Positions 51,004 through 63,976 are shown, numbered from the stretch's first letter. The stretch: 64,000 nt of DNA from Phaeosaccion multiseriatum (GCA_965112735.1 OZ218952.1:4340001-4404000), one strand, 5' to 3'. Notes: generated by a model from the letters alone, not told the origin. A program made the numbers and translations.

Positions 51004-54000
51004 CCTGCCTGTCTGGCTATCTCTGTGTCTGTTGAGGACACTGGTCCTTCATTCACATGCGAGTCTTTTTGATGGCATATTGGACTGACCTCTTCCTCCC
51101 CTTTCGGCCCTCCTACCCCCCACCCCACCCTTCAACACCAACTATAACTACAATATCAATTCAAATTGACTGGCCAGGTTGGAGGCATGGAGGTGACCCT
51201 GTCCCTCGACGAGCTCGGCAAGACATACGGAGAGTGCGGCCTCTCCGCCTCGCAGGATGGCTCCTACGCCTCCTCAGTGACGTTGTCCTTCCCCATGCCC
51301 TCGATGGAGGAGACAGCCTATCTGCGCTGCGAGAACGTTACGTCCGCGTCCGACGGCGGCCCGAGGGTTTCGGCCGTGGAGGTGCTGGATGTCGGCTCAG
51401 TCAACAACTTCACCTCATACACTAGGTGAGTCGTAGGATGGCGGTGGGTGGGTGGGGGTGGGGTGGGTGGATGGGCGGATGTCTGGGTGTGTGTGTGGGT
51501 GTGTGGGTGGGTGTGTAGGTGGCTGGGTGCCTGTGGGTGGGTGCGTGGTCAGGTGGGTGGGTTGGTGGTGGGTACTTACTCCTGTACTCCTGCCCTGAAG
51601 TCAACTCGACGAGTCTCTGCCTTTCGCTTCTCTCCCTCCTCTCACGCTCATCGTCGCACTCGTTCCCCCTCGTTTCGGATGTTCCGCGGCTGCCTTGTTC
51701 CATGCCCGTGTCCCCTTCCGTGCGTGCGTGTGTGCGTGTGTGCGTGTGCGTGTGTCTCCCACCGCAGCCCTCCAATCGAGCTCTACGATTACCCTGCTCC
51801 GCCCGAGCTGCACGTGGTGTGGGGTCAGCCTGACTACCTCTCTCTCGAATGGTCCGATCAGTACAAGCACATCATCGACGGTTGGATCGTCATGTACTCG
51901 GAATCACAGTTGGCGCTCGAGGAGACTCCCTTTTGGGCACCGGCGGAGAGTATGGTGGGCGTGTCTCCTAACCTCACTAAGGTGTTCAGTATCAACGCCT
52001 CGGACAGCAGCGCCACTCTGCGAGGACTCAACGAGTCGACAGTGTATTACATTCGCGCCGCTGCGCATAACATTGATGTAGTGGGCAATTGGAGTGAGAC
52101 CATATCGACTTCGACAGGTGTGTGTGTGTGCGTGGTGTGTGCGTGTGTGTGTGCGTGTGTGTGTGTGCGTTTGTGTGTGTGTTTTTGTGTGTTTTGTTGT
52201 GTGTATACGTATTTGTGTTTGCGCCTGTGCCTCTCTCTCTGGCGTTTCTCTTGTGGTGTGCGTGTGTGCGTGTGTGTGTATGTGTGCACGAGGAAGCTTA
52301 CGCACACGAGGGCATCTCTCAGCCCCCCCTCCCCTCCCCTCCCCTTCCTCTCCCCTCCCTCTCCCCTGTCCTCACCAGGCATCACCGGGCAGCTACAACT
52401 CACAACATCGGGAGCGCTAACGGGCGAGGAGCAGGAGCTCGGCAGCGGGGACTATGGGATGAGTGTGACGTACCCTGTGAGCCTACTTCTCACCCCCTCC
52501 AACAGCGACATCACCCGCTTTGGTGGTCTGCAAGTCGATGTCGCGGTGGAGGAGACAGGAAGCAGCTTCGGCGGCTGCCAGGTGGGACTGGAGGCATCTT
52601 CGCTCGCCAGCAGCGTCACGGTGAGCTTCGCCGCGAATGAGACGAACATGGAGGACGAACTCTACATGCGCTGCTCCTCACGCACCAGCGGAACGGACTT
52701 CCCGACCCTCACCGCCACGCAGGTGAGTGTGTGTGGGTCACCATGTGTGTGTGCGCGCGTGCATGCATAACGAATTCCTACCTGTCTGCCTGCCTGCCTA
52801 CCTACCTGCCGGCCTGCCTGCCGGTTTGCCTGCCTGCCGGTCTGCCTGCCTGCCTGTCTGCCTGCCTTCCCACTCCCACTGCCCGTCTGCGTGTCTGTAT
52901 TTCTCAATACTTAGCCCCCAGCTGTCGTCGCTCCCCTCGCAGATTCCCTCCGATACCTCGTTCAACAACTTCACAACCTTCGAGTCCGATCGCTTCCGAG
53001 TGCGCGGAGTGCCCCTCCTTCCGCTCAACGTGTCCTTCACGCGAGTGCAGCCTGAGTCCACGGCGCTGGAGTGGGCTTTTGACGATGTCGCCTTCAGCTC
53101 TGTCGACCTCGATGGCTGGGAGCTTGAGCTCGACGACGCCAACACCACCGCCTACTTGGACACAGATACCGACACGGATAGCGTCACTGGAGTCATCTAC
53201 TCCTTTGATAACATCACCACCGCCGCCACGCTCAGCGGTCTAAATCAGTCCACCACTTACGTTGTGAGGGTCCGAGGAGCGAACAGTGCGACGGTCGGCG
53301 GTTGGTCGAGTCCCGTCAATAGGACTACGGGAGTATCGGGTTATCTCAATGTGACTCTGTCGGAGGAGGGCGTGGAGATCGGCGCTATCGATCTCGCCTC
53401 ACTGCTGGTCTACGACGTTGATGTGGAGCTCATTCCCGACGTGCCAGGCTTGGAGCAAGTAGGTGGGGTGGAGGTGCTCTTGGCGCTGACCACCAACGCC
53501 ACGACGGCCGATCGCTGCTCGTGCTTCATCCGCGAGGGAGACGGGTGGGAGTACGGTTCTGGTGTGGCAGCCTGGGGAAATGAGGTGGTACTGAACATCA
53601 CCACGGAGGCACTCATGGAGGTGCCCAACGCGATCCAAGTGCAGTGCACCAACTGCACACAGGGGGAGATTGAGGGCGTAAGTCTCCGTGCCACCGAGGT
53701 GATGGTTCCCAACAGTGACAACTCATACGCCAACTTCAACAACTTCTCGACCTTCTCCAGCGCCGCCTTTGGCTGCTACGTGGCCCCCGAGACCATCACG
53801 GGGGTGTCTGGCGAGTCCCCTCCGGCGCTAATCAGTGCCATGAATGTGTCCTGGGAGGCACCGACTTTGCCTGCGGTCATCTCCTCGTACTTCATCCACT
53901 GGGAACGAGTGGACAATACTACCACCACCAACGAGGTCTTATCGTCGGGCAACTACACCGTCTCCGCTAGTATGGTGGGTGGCGACACGACAGTAGCAGA

Positions 54001-55059
54001 CGGTAGGCTGTTTGCCACGGTGCCTGACCTCATGACTGGCTCCTTCTACACCTTCACCGTCACGGCCATCAATGATGCGGGTTCAAGCCCAGCAAGCACC
54101 GCCTCAGGTTCGTTCGTCGCATCCCTCCCTCGCTTCCCGCTCCCATGCCTGTGTGCGCGTCGCTCACATAAGGAAGAAATGTCCGCTCTTGTTCCTTTCT
54201 TATCGCCTCTTTTCAATCCAAGACCTACCTTTCATCGCGGTCCTGTCTCTGGTGCTGCTGCTTCCCTCATCTCTCTCCATGGGGTCACTCTCTCTCCCTC
54301 TCTGTTCGTGCGTGTGTGTGCGCGCTTTTTCCTACTTTCCTTTCCTTCCCTTCCCTTCCCTTCCCTTCCCTTCCCTTCCCTTCCCTTCCCTGCCCCTTCT
54401 CTCTCTCATCTCACCAGAGTCTGCCCCCGTGCAGCCGGGCACACTCAGCGCGACTATCCGTCTGCACAATTCGCAGCCCGAAAGCATCACCACCAACGCC
54501 ACTCTCAGCATTACGCCGCTCCACTCGGTGCCTGCCCAGGGCTACCTGTACGTACAACTGCCCGTCGAGTTCGGCGGGCTGCATGACCGCTGCTCTGTGC
54601 TGGAGCAATCCTTCGGAAACGTCAATACAAGGTACGCGAAGGCAGTGAAAAAAAAATACACACACTCACACACTCAACGCAGCCTGGGTTGTTACTGCTG
54701 TGCTGCAAGGTTGATTCGGTAGCACCGCCTTGCCACAGACCGTAGTGTGGTTTTATCACCACCTTCAAACCCCCCCCTTTATCCTCACACACTGACTTGC
54801 TTATACTTTTCCATCTCCCTCCTCCTCTCTCTGTCCGTGAATTGCCACCCGTCATCCTTTTGCCCCCCCCCCGTGTGCCTCAGCCTTATGACCATGAACT
54901 GCACGAGCTCGTCCATGGAGATGCTCTTGTCGGTGGGCTCGTCGGGTGAGTTTCAGTTTCAGTCTCTGTGCGGCCCTTATTCACCCATCCCTCTCTCTCT
55001 TCACTCGCTCTCTCTCTCACTCTCCGTGCCACTCACTCTCTTCGTCCCTTTCTGTCTCT

Positions 55060-55106
<47 letters not shown>

Positions 55107-55858
55107 TTGCTTTTCCTCTCTCTCTCTAGGTATCGAAGAGGACCTGCCAGCCGGAGAGACCATCACACTGAAACTCTCCGGAATCGTGACCCCATACCCA
55201 GTGGGTATCACGTCAGGTGGGTTGAGTGGTGAATGGATGGGTGTGTGGGTGTGTGGGTGGGTGGGTGGGGAGAAGGCATGCCGCCGCTTTTGCCTTGGCC
55301 CCCACTGACTCCCTCCATACGACACCTGCTTGCTGTCCGACTGCCCTCCCCCCCCCCCCCCCAAACCCTATTAAAAGCCGTCCGTGCTGTCAAGACACTG
55401 GAGGCAGCCGCGGACGGCATGCTCTCTCGAGACGAGGCCTCTTCCGCCTACCACTCAGACACACTGCCTCAAGGCTTTGACATCTGGATCAGTCCGGTAA
55501 AGCCTGTCATGAGTCTCGCCTGGGGCCAGCCTGAGTACCTGTACTACGATTGGGACGATGAAGTCCTCGAGGACGTGGCAGAGGGATGGGTGCTCCACAT
55601 GTCGGATTCATGGCTGGCGCTGACGGAGATGCCCACTTTCTTCGCCCCAGCTAGGACCACCGTCATGACGAGCGGTGTCGGTAGTATCAACGCGACGGTG
55701 TACGCGTTCAACATTTCGGACAGCGAATTGCTGGCGCAGGGGCTGAATGTGTCCACGCCGTACTTTGCCCGAGTGGCCGGGTATAACTCGCATGGGCATG
55801 GAGAATGGAGCAACATCCTTACCGCCTCCACCGGTGCGTGTGCGTGTGTGTGTGTGTC

Positions 55859-55908
<50 letters not shown>

Positions 55909-58900
55909 TGTGTGTGTGTGTGTGTATTCACTACTCATACCCCTCGTACCGCCTTCAACAACATAGAGTATGACTTCGTTCACTCATTCTCCTCCTACCC
56001 GATGATGGCCTTGTCGTCTGACCTCGCCTCGATCTCCCTTCACTCACTCTGCGACCCCTTCGCCGTTCCACATGCACCACACACTACACACACACCCACA
56101 CCCACACACACACCCACACACACACACACACACACATCACACATACACTCGTACGTACACACGTACGTACACGCGCACACATACAGGTATCTACGGGCAC
56201 TTAAACCTCACCACAGAGGGAAGCGAGCTGGGCAGTCAGGACTACGTGCTTAACACCCTGTACGCAGTCACTCTTCTAATGGATCCGGCACAGAGCGACA
56301 TGCCTCGCACTGGGGGGCTGGACGTGGAGGTGACCGTGGAGGACACAGACAGCAGCTTCGGCGGCTGTGAGGTGGGACGGGGTGCCTCTTCGCTCGCCAG
56401 CAGCGTCACGGTGAGCTTCGCCGCGAATGACACGAACATGGAGGACGAACTCTACATGCGGTGCTCCTCACGCACCAGTGGAACGGACTTCCCGACCCTC
56501 ACCGCCACGCAGGTGAGTGTGTGTGGGTCCCCATGTGTGTGTGCGCACGTGAACTACCCGCCTGCCTGCCTGCCTGCCTACCTGCCTGCCTGCCTGTCTT
56601 TTACACCTCTACGCTTCCCTCCCTCCCCTCCCCGCCCCGTCTCTGCCCTCGCAGGTTCCCTCCGATACCTCGTTCAACAACTTCACAACCTTCGAGTCCG
56701 ATCGCTTCCGAGTGCGCGGAGTGCCCCTCCTTCCGCTCAACGTGTCCTTCACGCGAGTGCAGCCGAAGTTCGCGGCGCTGGAGTGGGCCCTCAACGAAAC
56801 AGTCTTCAGCTCCGTCGACCTCGATGGCTGGGAGCTTGAGCTCGACGACGCCAACACCACCGCCTACTTGGACACAGACACCGACACGGATAGCGTCACT
56901 GGAGTCATCTACTCCTTTGATAACATCACCACCGCCGCCACGCTCAGCGGTCTGAATCAGTCCACCACTTACGTTGTGAGGGTCCGAGGAGCGAACAGTG
57001 CGACGGTCGGCGGTTGGTCGAGCCCCGTCAACAGGACTACGGGAGTATCGGGCTATCTCAATGTGACTCTGTCGGAGGAGGGCGTGGAGATCGGCGCTAT
57101 CGATCTCGCCTCACTGCTGGTCTACGACGTTGATGTGGAGCTCATTCCCGACGTGCCAGGCTTGGAGCAAGTAGGTGGGGTGGAGGTGCTCTTGGCGCTG
57201 ACCACCAACGCCACGACGGCCGATCGCTGCTCGTGCTTCATCCGCGAGGGGGATGGGTGGGAGTACGGCTACGGTGCGGCGACATGGGGCAATGAGGTGA
57301 TGTTGAACATCACCACGGACGGAGTCATGGAGGTGTCAAACGCCATCGAAGTGCAGTGCACCAACTGCACGCAGGGGGAGATTGATGGCATTAGTTTGCG
57401 TGCCACCGAGGTGTCTCTGAGCAGCGACAATTCACACTCCAACTACAACAACTTTACGGCCTTCTCCGGCGCCGCATTTGGCTGCTACAATCCCCCGGAG
57501 GAGATTAGTGGCATTGTTGGCGAGTCCCCTCCGCCCTACTTGAGCTCCGCCGTTGTTCAATGGCACGCGCCGGTTCTGCCCGCGGTCATTGACTTCTACA
57601 CCGTGAAGTGGGATAGAGTGGTCAACGGCTCGTGGCGTGACGTCATCGCCTCAGGTTCGTAACACCCTGTATACTCCTCCCATCTCTCTTTGGTGTGTCT
57701 CCTGACACTCTGCACCCCTCCTCCTCCTCCTCCTCCTCCTCCTCCTCCTCCTCCTCCTCCTCCTCCCCCTCCTCCTCCTCAGGCACCTTCAATGTCTCTG
57801 CCGCCGACGTCCGCACCACCTTTGATGAGGTCGTTGCCGATCGACTCCTTGCCAGTAGCAACAGGAGCACGGTGTATACCACTGTGCCCGATCTGGTGAC
57901 GAAGGCGTCATACGTGTTCCGCGTGACAGCCACCAACGATGCGGGAGAAAGTCCCACGCGCGACCCCACGGGTACGACTGCGGCAGTAATTTTAGTCTTA
58001 GTTTAGTAGGTGTTAGTTAGTAGGAGGTGTCAGGTCTCAGGGGGGGAGTTGGGACGAAACGTTGACGATTCCCCTCCTCTTCTCTCCTCCCCTTGCCTCC
58101 CCTTGCCTCCCCAAACGAAAACAAAGACGAGGATGTGGTGACCGTCACGCCCGGCACTATCGTCGCCAGCATGGAGCTGGAGGACCACTCCCCCCTGGTC
58201 AACACGACACTCACCCTACACGTGGAGGCTCTGCACGCCATCCCCTCTGACGGATTCATCATTCTGCAGTTACCGGAGGAGTTTAGTGCTCTCTATCCGT
58301 CGTGCCAAGTCATGGAACAGTCCTTGGGATCCACTGCCACTGCCCTATTGAGTGCCGAATGCGACTCCGAAAAGCTCGAAGTGGTCTTCTCCGTCGCCTC
58401 TGCAGGCTTGGCTGGGGACATCCCGGCAGGCACTTCGGTCTCCATCAAGCTCTCCGGAGTAAAGAACCCCCCCCTGGAGGGCCACACCTCAGCCTTTCGG
58501 GGGCTGGAAACCTTTGAGAGTAACGGCAATGTAACCGTCGACGAAGCCTCGCCCTCCATCAACGCGGACGGTATGCCTGATCCCATGTACATCTTCTATA
58601 CTCCTAGCCCACCCGACCTCGCCTTCACCCTCCGGCAGCCAGAGATGCTCGCCCTGGACTGGGACGACGAGGCCATGGACGTTGTGGACAAGTGGGTCGT
58701 CCAGGTGGCCCAATCGCAACAGGCGCTGGAAGACGCAACTGGCCTGTTCGACTTCATCGCCGTTGACGACGAGGGCGACTTTGCCGGCCTGGATGTGAGT
58801 TCGACCGCCGTGTACGGGCGCAATGTGACCGACAGTCGGGTCAGCTTTCACGGCCTCCAGCCAGCGACTGAGTACTTCATTCGGGTGGCCGGGTGGAATG

Positions 58901-61900
58901 CGTTTATGCATGGCAACTGGAGCGACATCGCCTCTACTTCCACAGGTCTGTTCTTCTTGATATGTTCGCTCATTGCTTCTTTGGTTCGTTCGCTCGTTCG
59001 TTCCTTTGGTTCGTCGGTGTTCGCTCGTTTGTTCGCTTCATCGGTCGTTCGTGTCTCTGTCTCGGGGTCTTTGCGTTTGTGTCTCTGTGTGTGTGTATGG
59101 TTGTCCACCTCGCCTCGTTCTTACCCTATGATATGTCGTTGCTACGCTTTTGTCTCCCTCCCTCCCTCCCTTCCCTCCCTCCCTCCCTTCCCTCCCTCCC
59201 TCCCTCCCTCCCTCCCTCCCTCCCTCCCTCCCTCCCTCCCTCCCTCCCTCCCTCCCTCCCTCCCTCCCTCCCTCCCTCCCTCCCTCCCTCCCTCCCTCCC
59301 TCCCTCCCTCCCTCCCTCCCTCCCTCCCTCCCTCCCTCCCTCCCTCCCTCCCCCCTCCCTCCCTCCCTCCCTCCCTCCCTCCCTCCCTCCGCTCTCCTGA
59401 CCACCCCAACAGGTATCTACGGACACCTCAGTCTCAGCATGCCCGCAATGGGCGGAGAGGAGCTCGGTCAATCCGATTACCTCCTGGACACGACCTACGC
59501 TGTCCACCTAGTCCTGACACCTAGCAGCAGCAGTGAGGCAGAGGAGGTGAGGGTAGGAGGGCTGGACGTGGTGGTGACCGTGGAGGAGACAGACAGCAGC
59601 TTCGGCGGCTGTGAGGTGGGGCTGGAGGCTTCTTCGCTCGCCAGCAGCGCCTCGGTGAACTTTGCCGCCAGTGAGACGAGCATGGAGGACGAGATCTACA
59701 TGCGGTGCTCCTCACGCACCAGTGGGGCAGATTTTCCGACCCTCACCGCCACGCAGGTTGTGGCCGTGAACTCCTCCAACAACTTCACGGCCTTCTCCTC
59801 GGATTCCTTCCGAGTGCGTGGTGTACCTGCGTTACCCCTCAACGCGGCCATTCCGCGCATTCAGCCCGACTTTATGCGTGTGGACTGGGACGCAGACACC
59901 GTCACCGCCTTCAACGACGTTGACACAGACGCGTGGGAGGTGCAGCTCACCACCACCACTACCACCACCACCACCACCACCACCAGCAGTAGTACTAGCG
60001 AGGTGGTGGTAGTCTACGCCGTCGCCAACCACACCACAGAGCTTACCATGGAGGGGCTGGACCAAGAGACGACCTATGTTACGAGGGTTCGTGGGGTGAA
60101 CTCGGCCACGGAGGGTGACTGGACCGATGCCCTTGAGCGAACCACGGGGGTGTCGGGGGCACTGACGGTTACGGTTGCGAGGGACGATCGGACGCTAGGG
60201 TACGATGTTGGGGCCCATGTGGAGTACGCATTGGATGTGAAGCTCTTGCCCTCGAGTGGCGGGGTGGATTTGGCGCAAGTGGGTGGGGTGGAGCTTCTGC
60301 TCGCACTCACTACGGACCCTGCCACGGCGGATGAGTGCCAGTGTTTTATCCAAGCAGGGTCGGGCGGTGGAAGTAGTTGGGGTCAGGAGGTGACGCTGAG
60401 TGTCACGGAGGGAGGCGTGATGGAGGTGTCCGAGGCGGCGTGGCTGCGGTGCTCGGAGTGTACCAATGGAGACATTGATGGCATTACCGTGCGAGCCACA
60501 GAGATGATGCGAGCCAGCGACAACAACGATCCCGACCAGGGGCAGGCGCAGTTCAACTCCAACAACTTCACGACCTTCCAGAGTGACGCTTTCGGCTGCT
60601 ATCTCGTCGCACCTCAGCCGACCGGGGTGCTGGCTGTGTCTCCCTCTTCCTTACTCAATGCCATGAACGTGTCCTGGGACGATCAAACCTCCCTCGATGT
60701 CGTCGTCCATGAGTATCTCCTTCGCTATGACGAGGTGGATGATGGCGACTTGGAAACCATCGCCGCGTCGGGCAACTTGACCATCCCGCTTGAGGATGTG
60801 AGCACAGACGCTGCGGCCGGCAAGGTATTCACCATCGTGCCGGGTCTTGACAATACAAAGTCGTACATCTTTAGCGTCTCTGCCGTCAATGACGCAGGAG
60901 AGAGCGACCCCTCTGTCCCGGCAGGTGAGACTGAGAAGGAGACTTAGAAGAGGTTTGATGTGTCTGTCCATGTATCCATCCATTGCCTTCCATCCATCCA
61001 TCTCTTCTTCACATCCGTTTTGTCTCTTGGTCTGACTCTCTGTCTCCTGCCTACCCCATTCGCCCTCTCCCTCCCTCCCTCCCTCCCTCCCTCCCTCCCT
61101 CCCTCCCTCCCTCCCTCCCACCCTTCCTCCCTCCCTCCCTCCCTCCCTCCCTCCCTCCCTCCCTCCCTCCTTCCCTCCCTCCCTCCCTCTCACACACGCA
61201 CACACCCACAACACGTCAACACACAGACCTGTCCGCGGTTGTCCCTGGCGAGCTGGAAACTTCCGTCTTCCTTGGCGACCTCACCGCTGGAGTCACCACC
61301 ACCGCAGAGGTCTCCCTCACGCCATCCGCAGACATCCCGAGGGACGGTCAGATCTACCTGCAGTTCCCCTACGGCTTCAGCCTCGATGAAGAAGCGTGTG
61401 ATTTGACCGTGGCTTCCATTGCGACGGACCCGCCCATTGACTTCAGCGGCGCCACCATCATCTGCAACGCCACGGAGGCCTCCGTCACCATCGACCTCGA
61501 AGATGCAGGTGCGTGCGTGAGTGCGTGAGTGCCTGTTTGAGTGTCGAGACCCCTCTCCCCCTCCCCCCCCGGGTGTGCGCTGCACTTACGAGTTTCTTGT
61601 TGTCTTCCTTCCTTCTTTCCTCTACATGTAGTTACGTTACTCTCTCCTTCTCTCCCTCTCTCGCTCCCCTCTTCTCCTTCTCGCTATCTCTCTCTGTCTG
61701 TGTCTCTCCCTCCTTCCCTCCGTCCGTCCGTCCGTCCGTCCCTCCCTCCCTCCCTCCCTACCCCCCTCGCCCCTTCATCCCGTACCCCCCCCCCCCTCCC
61801 TCCCTCCTCTCTGTTCCTGTGACGCAGGTCTGACGGAGGACATCCCTGGGGGTATCGAACTCTCCTTCGAGGTGTGGGGTGTGCAGACTCCGAATCAGGA

Positions 61901-62669
61901 CGGGACAAGCGAATGTAAGTCGAGCTCCTCGACTCCAAGAATCGATGTTCCCAACTCTCCACATCGCTCTACAGAAACCGTTTCTTCTTCTTCTTCTTCT
62001 TCTTCTTCTTCTTCTTCTTCTTCTTCTTCTTCTTCTTCTTCTTCTTCTTCTTCTTCTTCTTCTTCTTCTTCTTCTTCTTCTTCTTCTTCTTCTTCTTCTT
62101 CTTCTTCTTCTTCTTCTTCTTCTTCTTCTTCTTCTTCTTCTTCTTCTTCTTCTTCTTCTTCTTCTTCTTCTTCTTTTTCTTCTTCTTCTTCTTCTTCTTC
62201 TTCTTCTTCTTCTTCTTCTTCTTCTTCCGATGCCCTTACTGCTCGTTTGTTTTATTCATTGTCCCTCTCTGCTCCCTCTCACCATCTCTCTCTGTCTCAC
62301 AAACACACTCTCTCTCTCTCTTCTCTTCTCTCTCTCGCAGCGTTCCGGGCCGTCAAGACGCTTACGAAAGACGGGCAGCCCCTCTGCATGTCCTCGATCG
62401 ACTGGCACGAGGAGGACTTACCGGCCGGAGACGGCTACTATATTGAGAAGGGTGAGTGAATGACCAAGAGCGGTAGGGAGGGGCTCTAGTCGGTGAGGAG
62501 GGAAGCCGCGCTCAGTACCATAATACACCGCCGTCCACAGGGAGCTTGTCTGCTTACAGACCTACTGACTCCCCTTCTCCCCTACGATGCGTGATCCCTT
62601 CCACCCACCCACCCACCCATTCATTCCACCGACTGGAACGAACGAATGGACACACACACACGCACGCAT

Positions 62670-62719
<50 letters not shown>

Positions 62720-63646
62720 TCAAACAAACACGCACACACACACGCACACACACACACACACACTCGCGCGCGCAAACACGCCCGCACATGAGCAGAAGGG
62801 GACGATACGGTGACGATCATCGTTATTACCACCATGGCGGGGGGCAGTAGCTGCTGCTGTTGGTTCGTCTTCTGCTGCTGGCGCCGCCGGAAGGACAAGA
62901 AGAGGAGGAGGCGCCCAGACCCAGAAGAGACCAATCTAGACGAGGTGAGTGAGTGCACGAAGGAGTGAGTGAGTGAGTGCCCGAAGGAGTGAGTGAGTGA
63001 GTGAGTGAGTGAGTGAGTGAGTGAGTGAGTGAGTGAGTGAGTGAGTGAGTGAGTGAGTGAGTGAGTGAGTGAGTGAGTGAGTGGATGAGTGAGTAAGCGA
63101 GTGAGTGAGTGAGTGAGTGAGTGAGTGAGTGAGTGAGTGAGTGAGTGAGTGAGTGAGTGAGTGAGTGCGTGCGTGAGTGAGTGCGTGCGTGAGTGAGTGA
63201 GTGAGTGAGTGAGTGAGTGAGGGAGTGAGTGAGTGAGTAAGTGAGTGAGTGAGTGAGTGAGTGAAACGAAACGTTGTAAGTTGGCCATGCAGAAGGGTGC
63301 CATCGCTATAGAGGAGAACACTGCCATGTGGTGCCATCGCTATAGAGGCAAACACTGCCATGTGGTGCCATCGCTATAGAGGAAAACACTGCCATGTGCG
63401 CCCCCTCCCACACGTTTCTCGAGGCCATGGTTCGTTTGTTGAATGCCTCCTGTGCGCCTCTCGCACCCACTGATGGCTTCTTCTTCTTCTTCACCACCTC
63501 CTCACTCCTCTCCCTCCCTCTCTCCCTCCCTCGGACTGCTGATGCTCTGCCTGCAGGATCACGAAACCGTGGCGGCATCAGCATGTCACCCCCAGGAGCT
63601 TTCACTGCCCATTCCCTCGTCCCCGAGCCACCTTCCACACCGGAGG
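35623..63646 (+). CDS. Giant type-I membrane glycoprotein: about 27 FN3 domains, about 24 two-Cys 'NNFT' modules, 3 Ig-like modules, TM helix and a cytoplasmic tail that probably continues beyond the window (about 28 exons)
   Basis: Signal peptide [22 protein letters not shown]3 motifs (P..PTGL..QP.YI.L.W...DGL.E.T.Y.MRVKGYN...G.WS). Phase-compatible GT-AG junctions link all exons. TM exon 62796-62944 reads [35 protein letters not shown]. Confidence 0.85.
43150..49870 (+). repeat. Tandem exon+intron duplication, 4 units of about 1.64-1.68 kb plus the start of a fifth
   Basis: Equivalent positions recur at 43667, 45307, 46953 and 48631 (periods 1640, 1646, 1678). Exons near-identical. Confidence 0.92.
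52550..57270 (+). repeat. Second internal duplication, about 52550-53560 vs about 56340-57270
   Basis: Near-identical exon sequence and intron start (gtgagtgtgtgtgggtc) about 3.7-3.8 kb apart. Confidence 0.85.
59155..59390 (+). repeat. (CCCT)n intronic microsatellite
   Basis: About 235-bp pure pyrimidine tract upstream of the acceptor at 59412. Confidence 0.95.
61982..62227 (+). repeat. (TTC)n intronic microsatellite, about 80 units
   Basis: Directly visible, with one interruption. Confidence 0.95.
62945..63263 (+). repeat. (GTGA)n intronic microsatellite starting at the donor site
   Basis: Directly visible. Confidence 0.95.
63297..63398. repeat. Minisatellite, 3 x 34 bp (gtgccatcgctatagaggagaacactgccatgtg)
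   Basis: Contiguous copies at 63297, 63331 and 63365 with 1-2 substitutions. Confidence 0.9.
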
Positions 63647-63685
63647 GTACGTCCGTCTCTGTACCCCTTTCTGTCGTGTGCTGTG

Positions 63686-63767
<82 letters not shown>

Positions 63768-63845
63768 ACACACACACGTCCTTCGTGTGTAGGAGACGCG
63801 CCCTCCCATGGCCATTGCCCGCACACTCTGTCTGTCTCTTGTATC

Positions 63846-63976
63846 GCGAGAGAAGGTTGTAGTGTAGCTAGCGAGAGAAGGTTGTAGTATAGCTAGCGAG
63901 AGAAGGTTGTGTGTAGCTAGCGAGAGAAGGTTGTAGTGTAGCTAGCGAGAGAAGGTTGTAGTGTAGCTAGCGAGAG
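63846..63976. repeat. Minisatellite, about 5 x 25 bp (gcgagagaaggttgtagtgtagcta)
   Basis: Contiguous near-identical copies. Confidence 0.9.

Noticed and set aside
58893-63887. Poly-Ser, poly-Leu, PPSL, THSL and CV-repeat ORFs
   Set aside because: Translations of intronic (TTC)n, (CCCT)n, (GTGA)n and (GT)n microsatellites.
63297-63976. 34-bp and 25-bp repeats as a CRISPR array or telomere
   Set aside because: Copies are contiguous with no unique spacers, there are no cas genes, the context is intronic and the unit is not telomeric. They are ordinary minisatellites.
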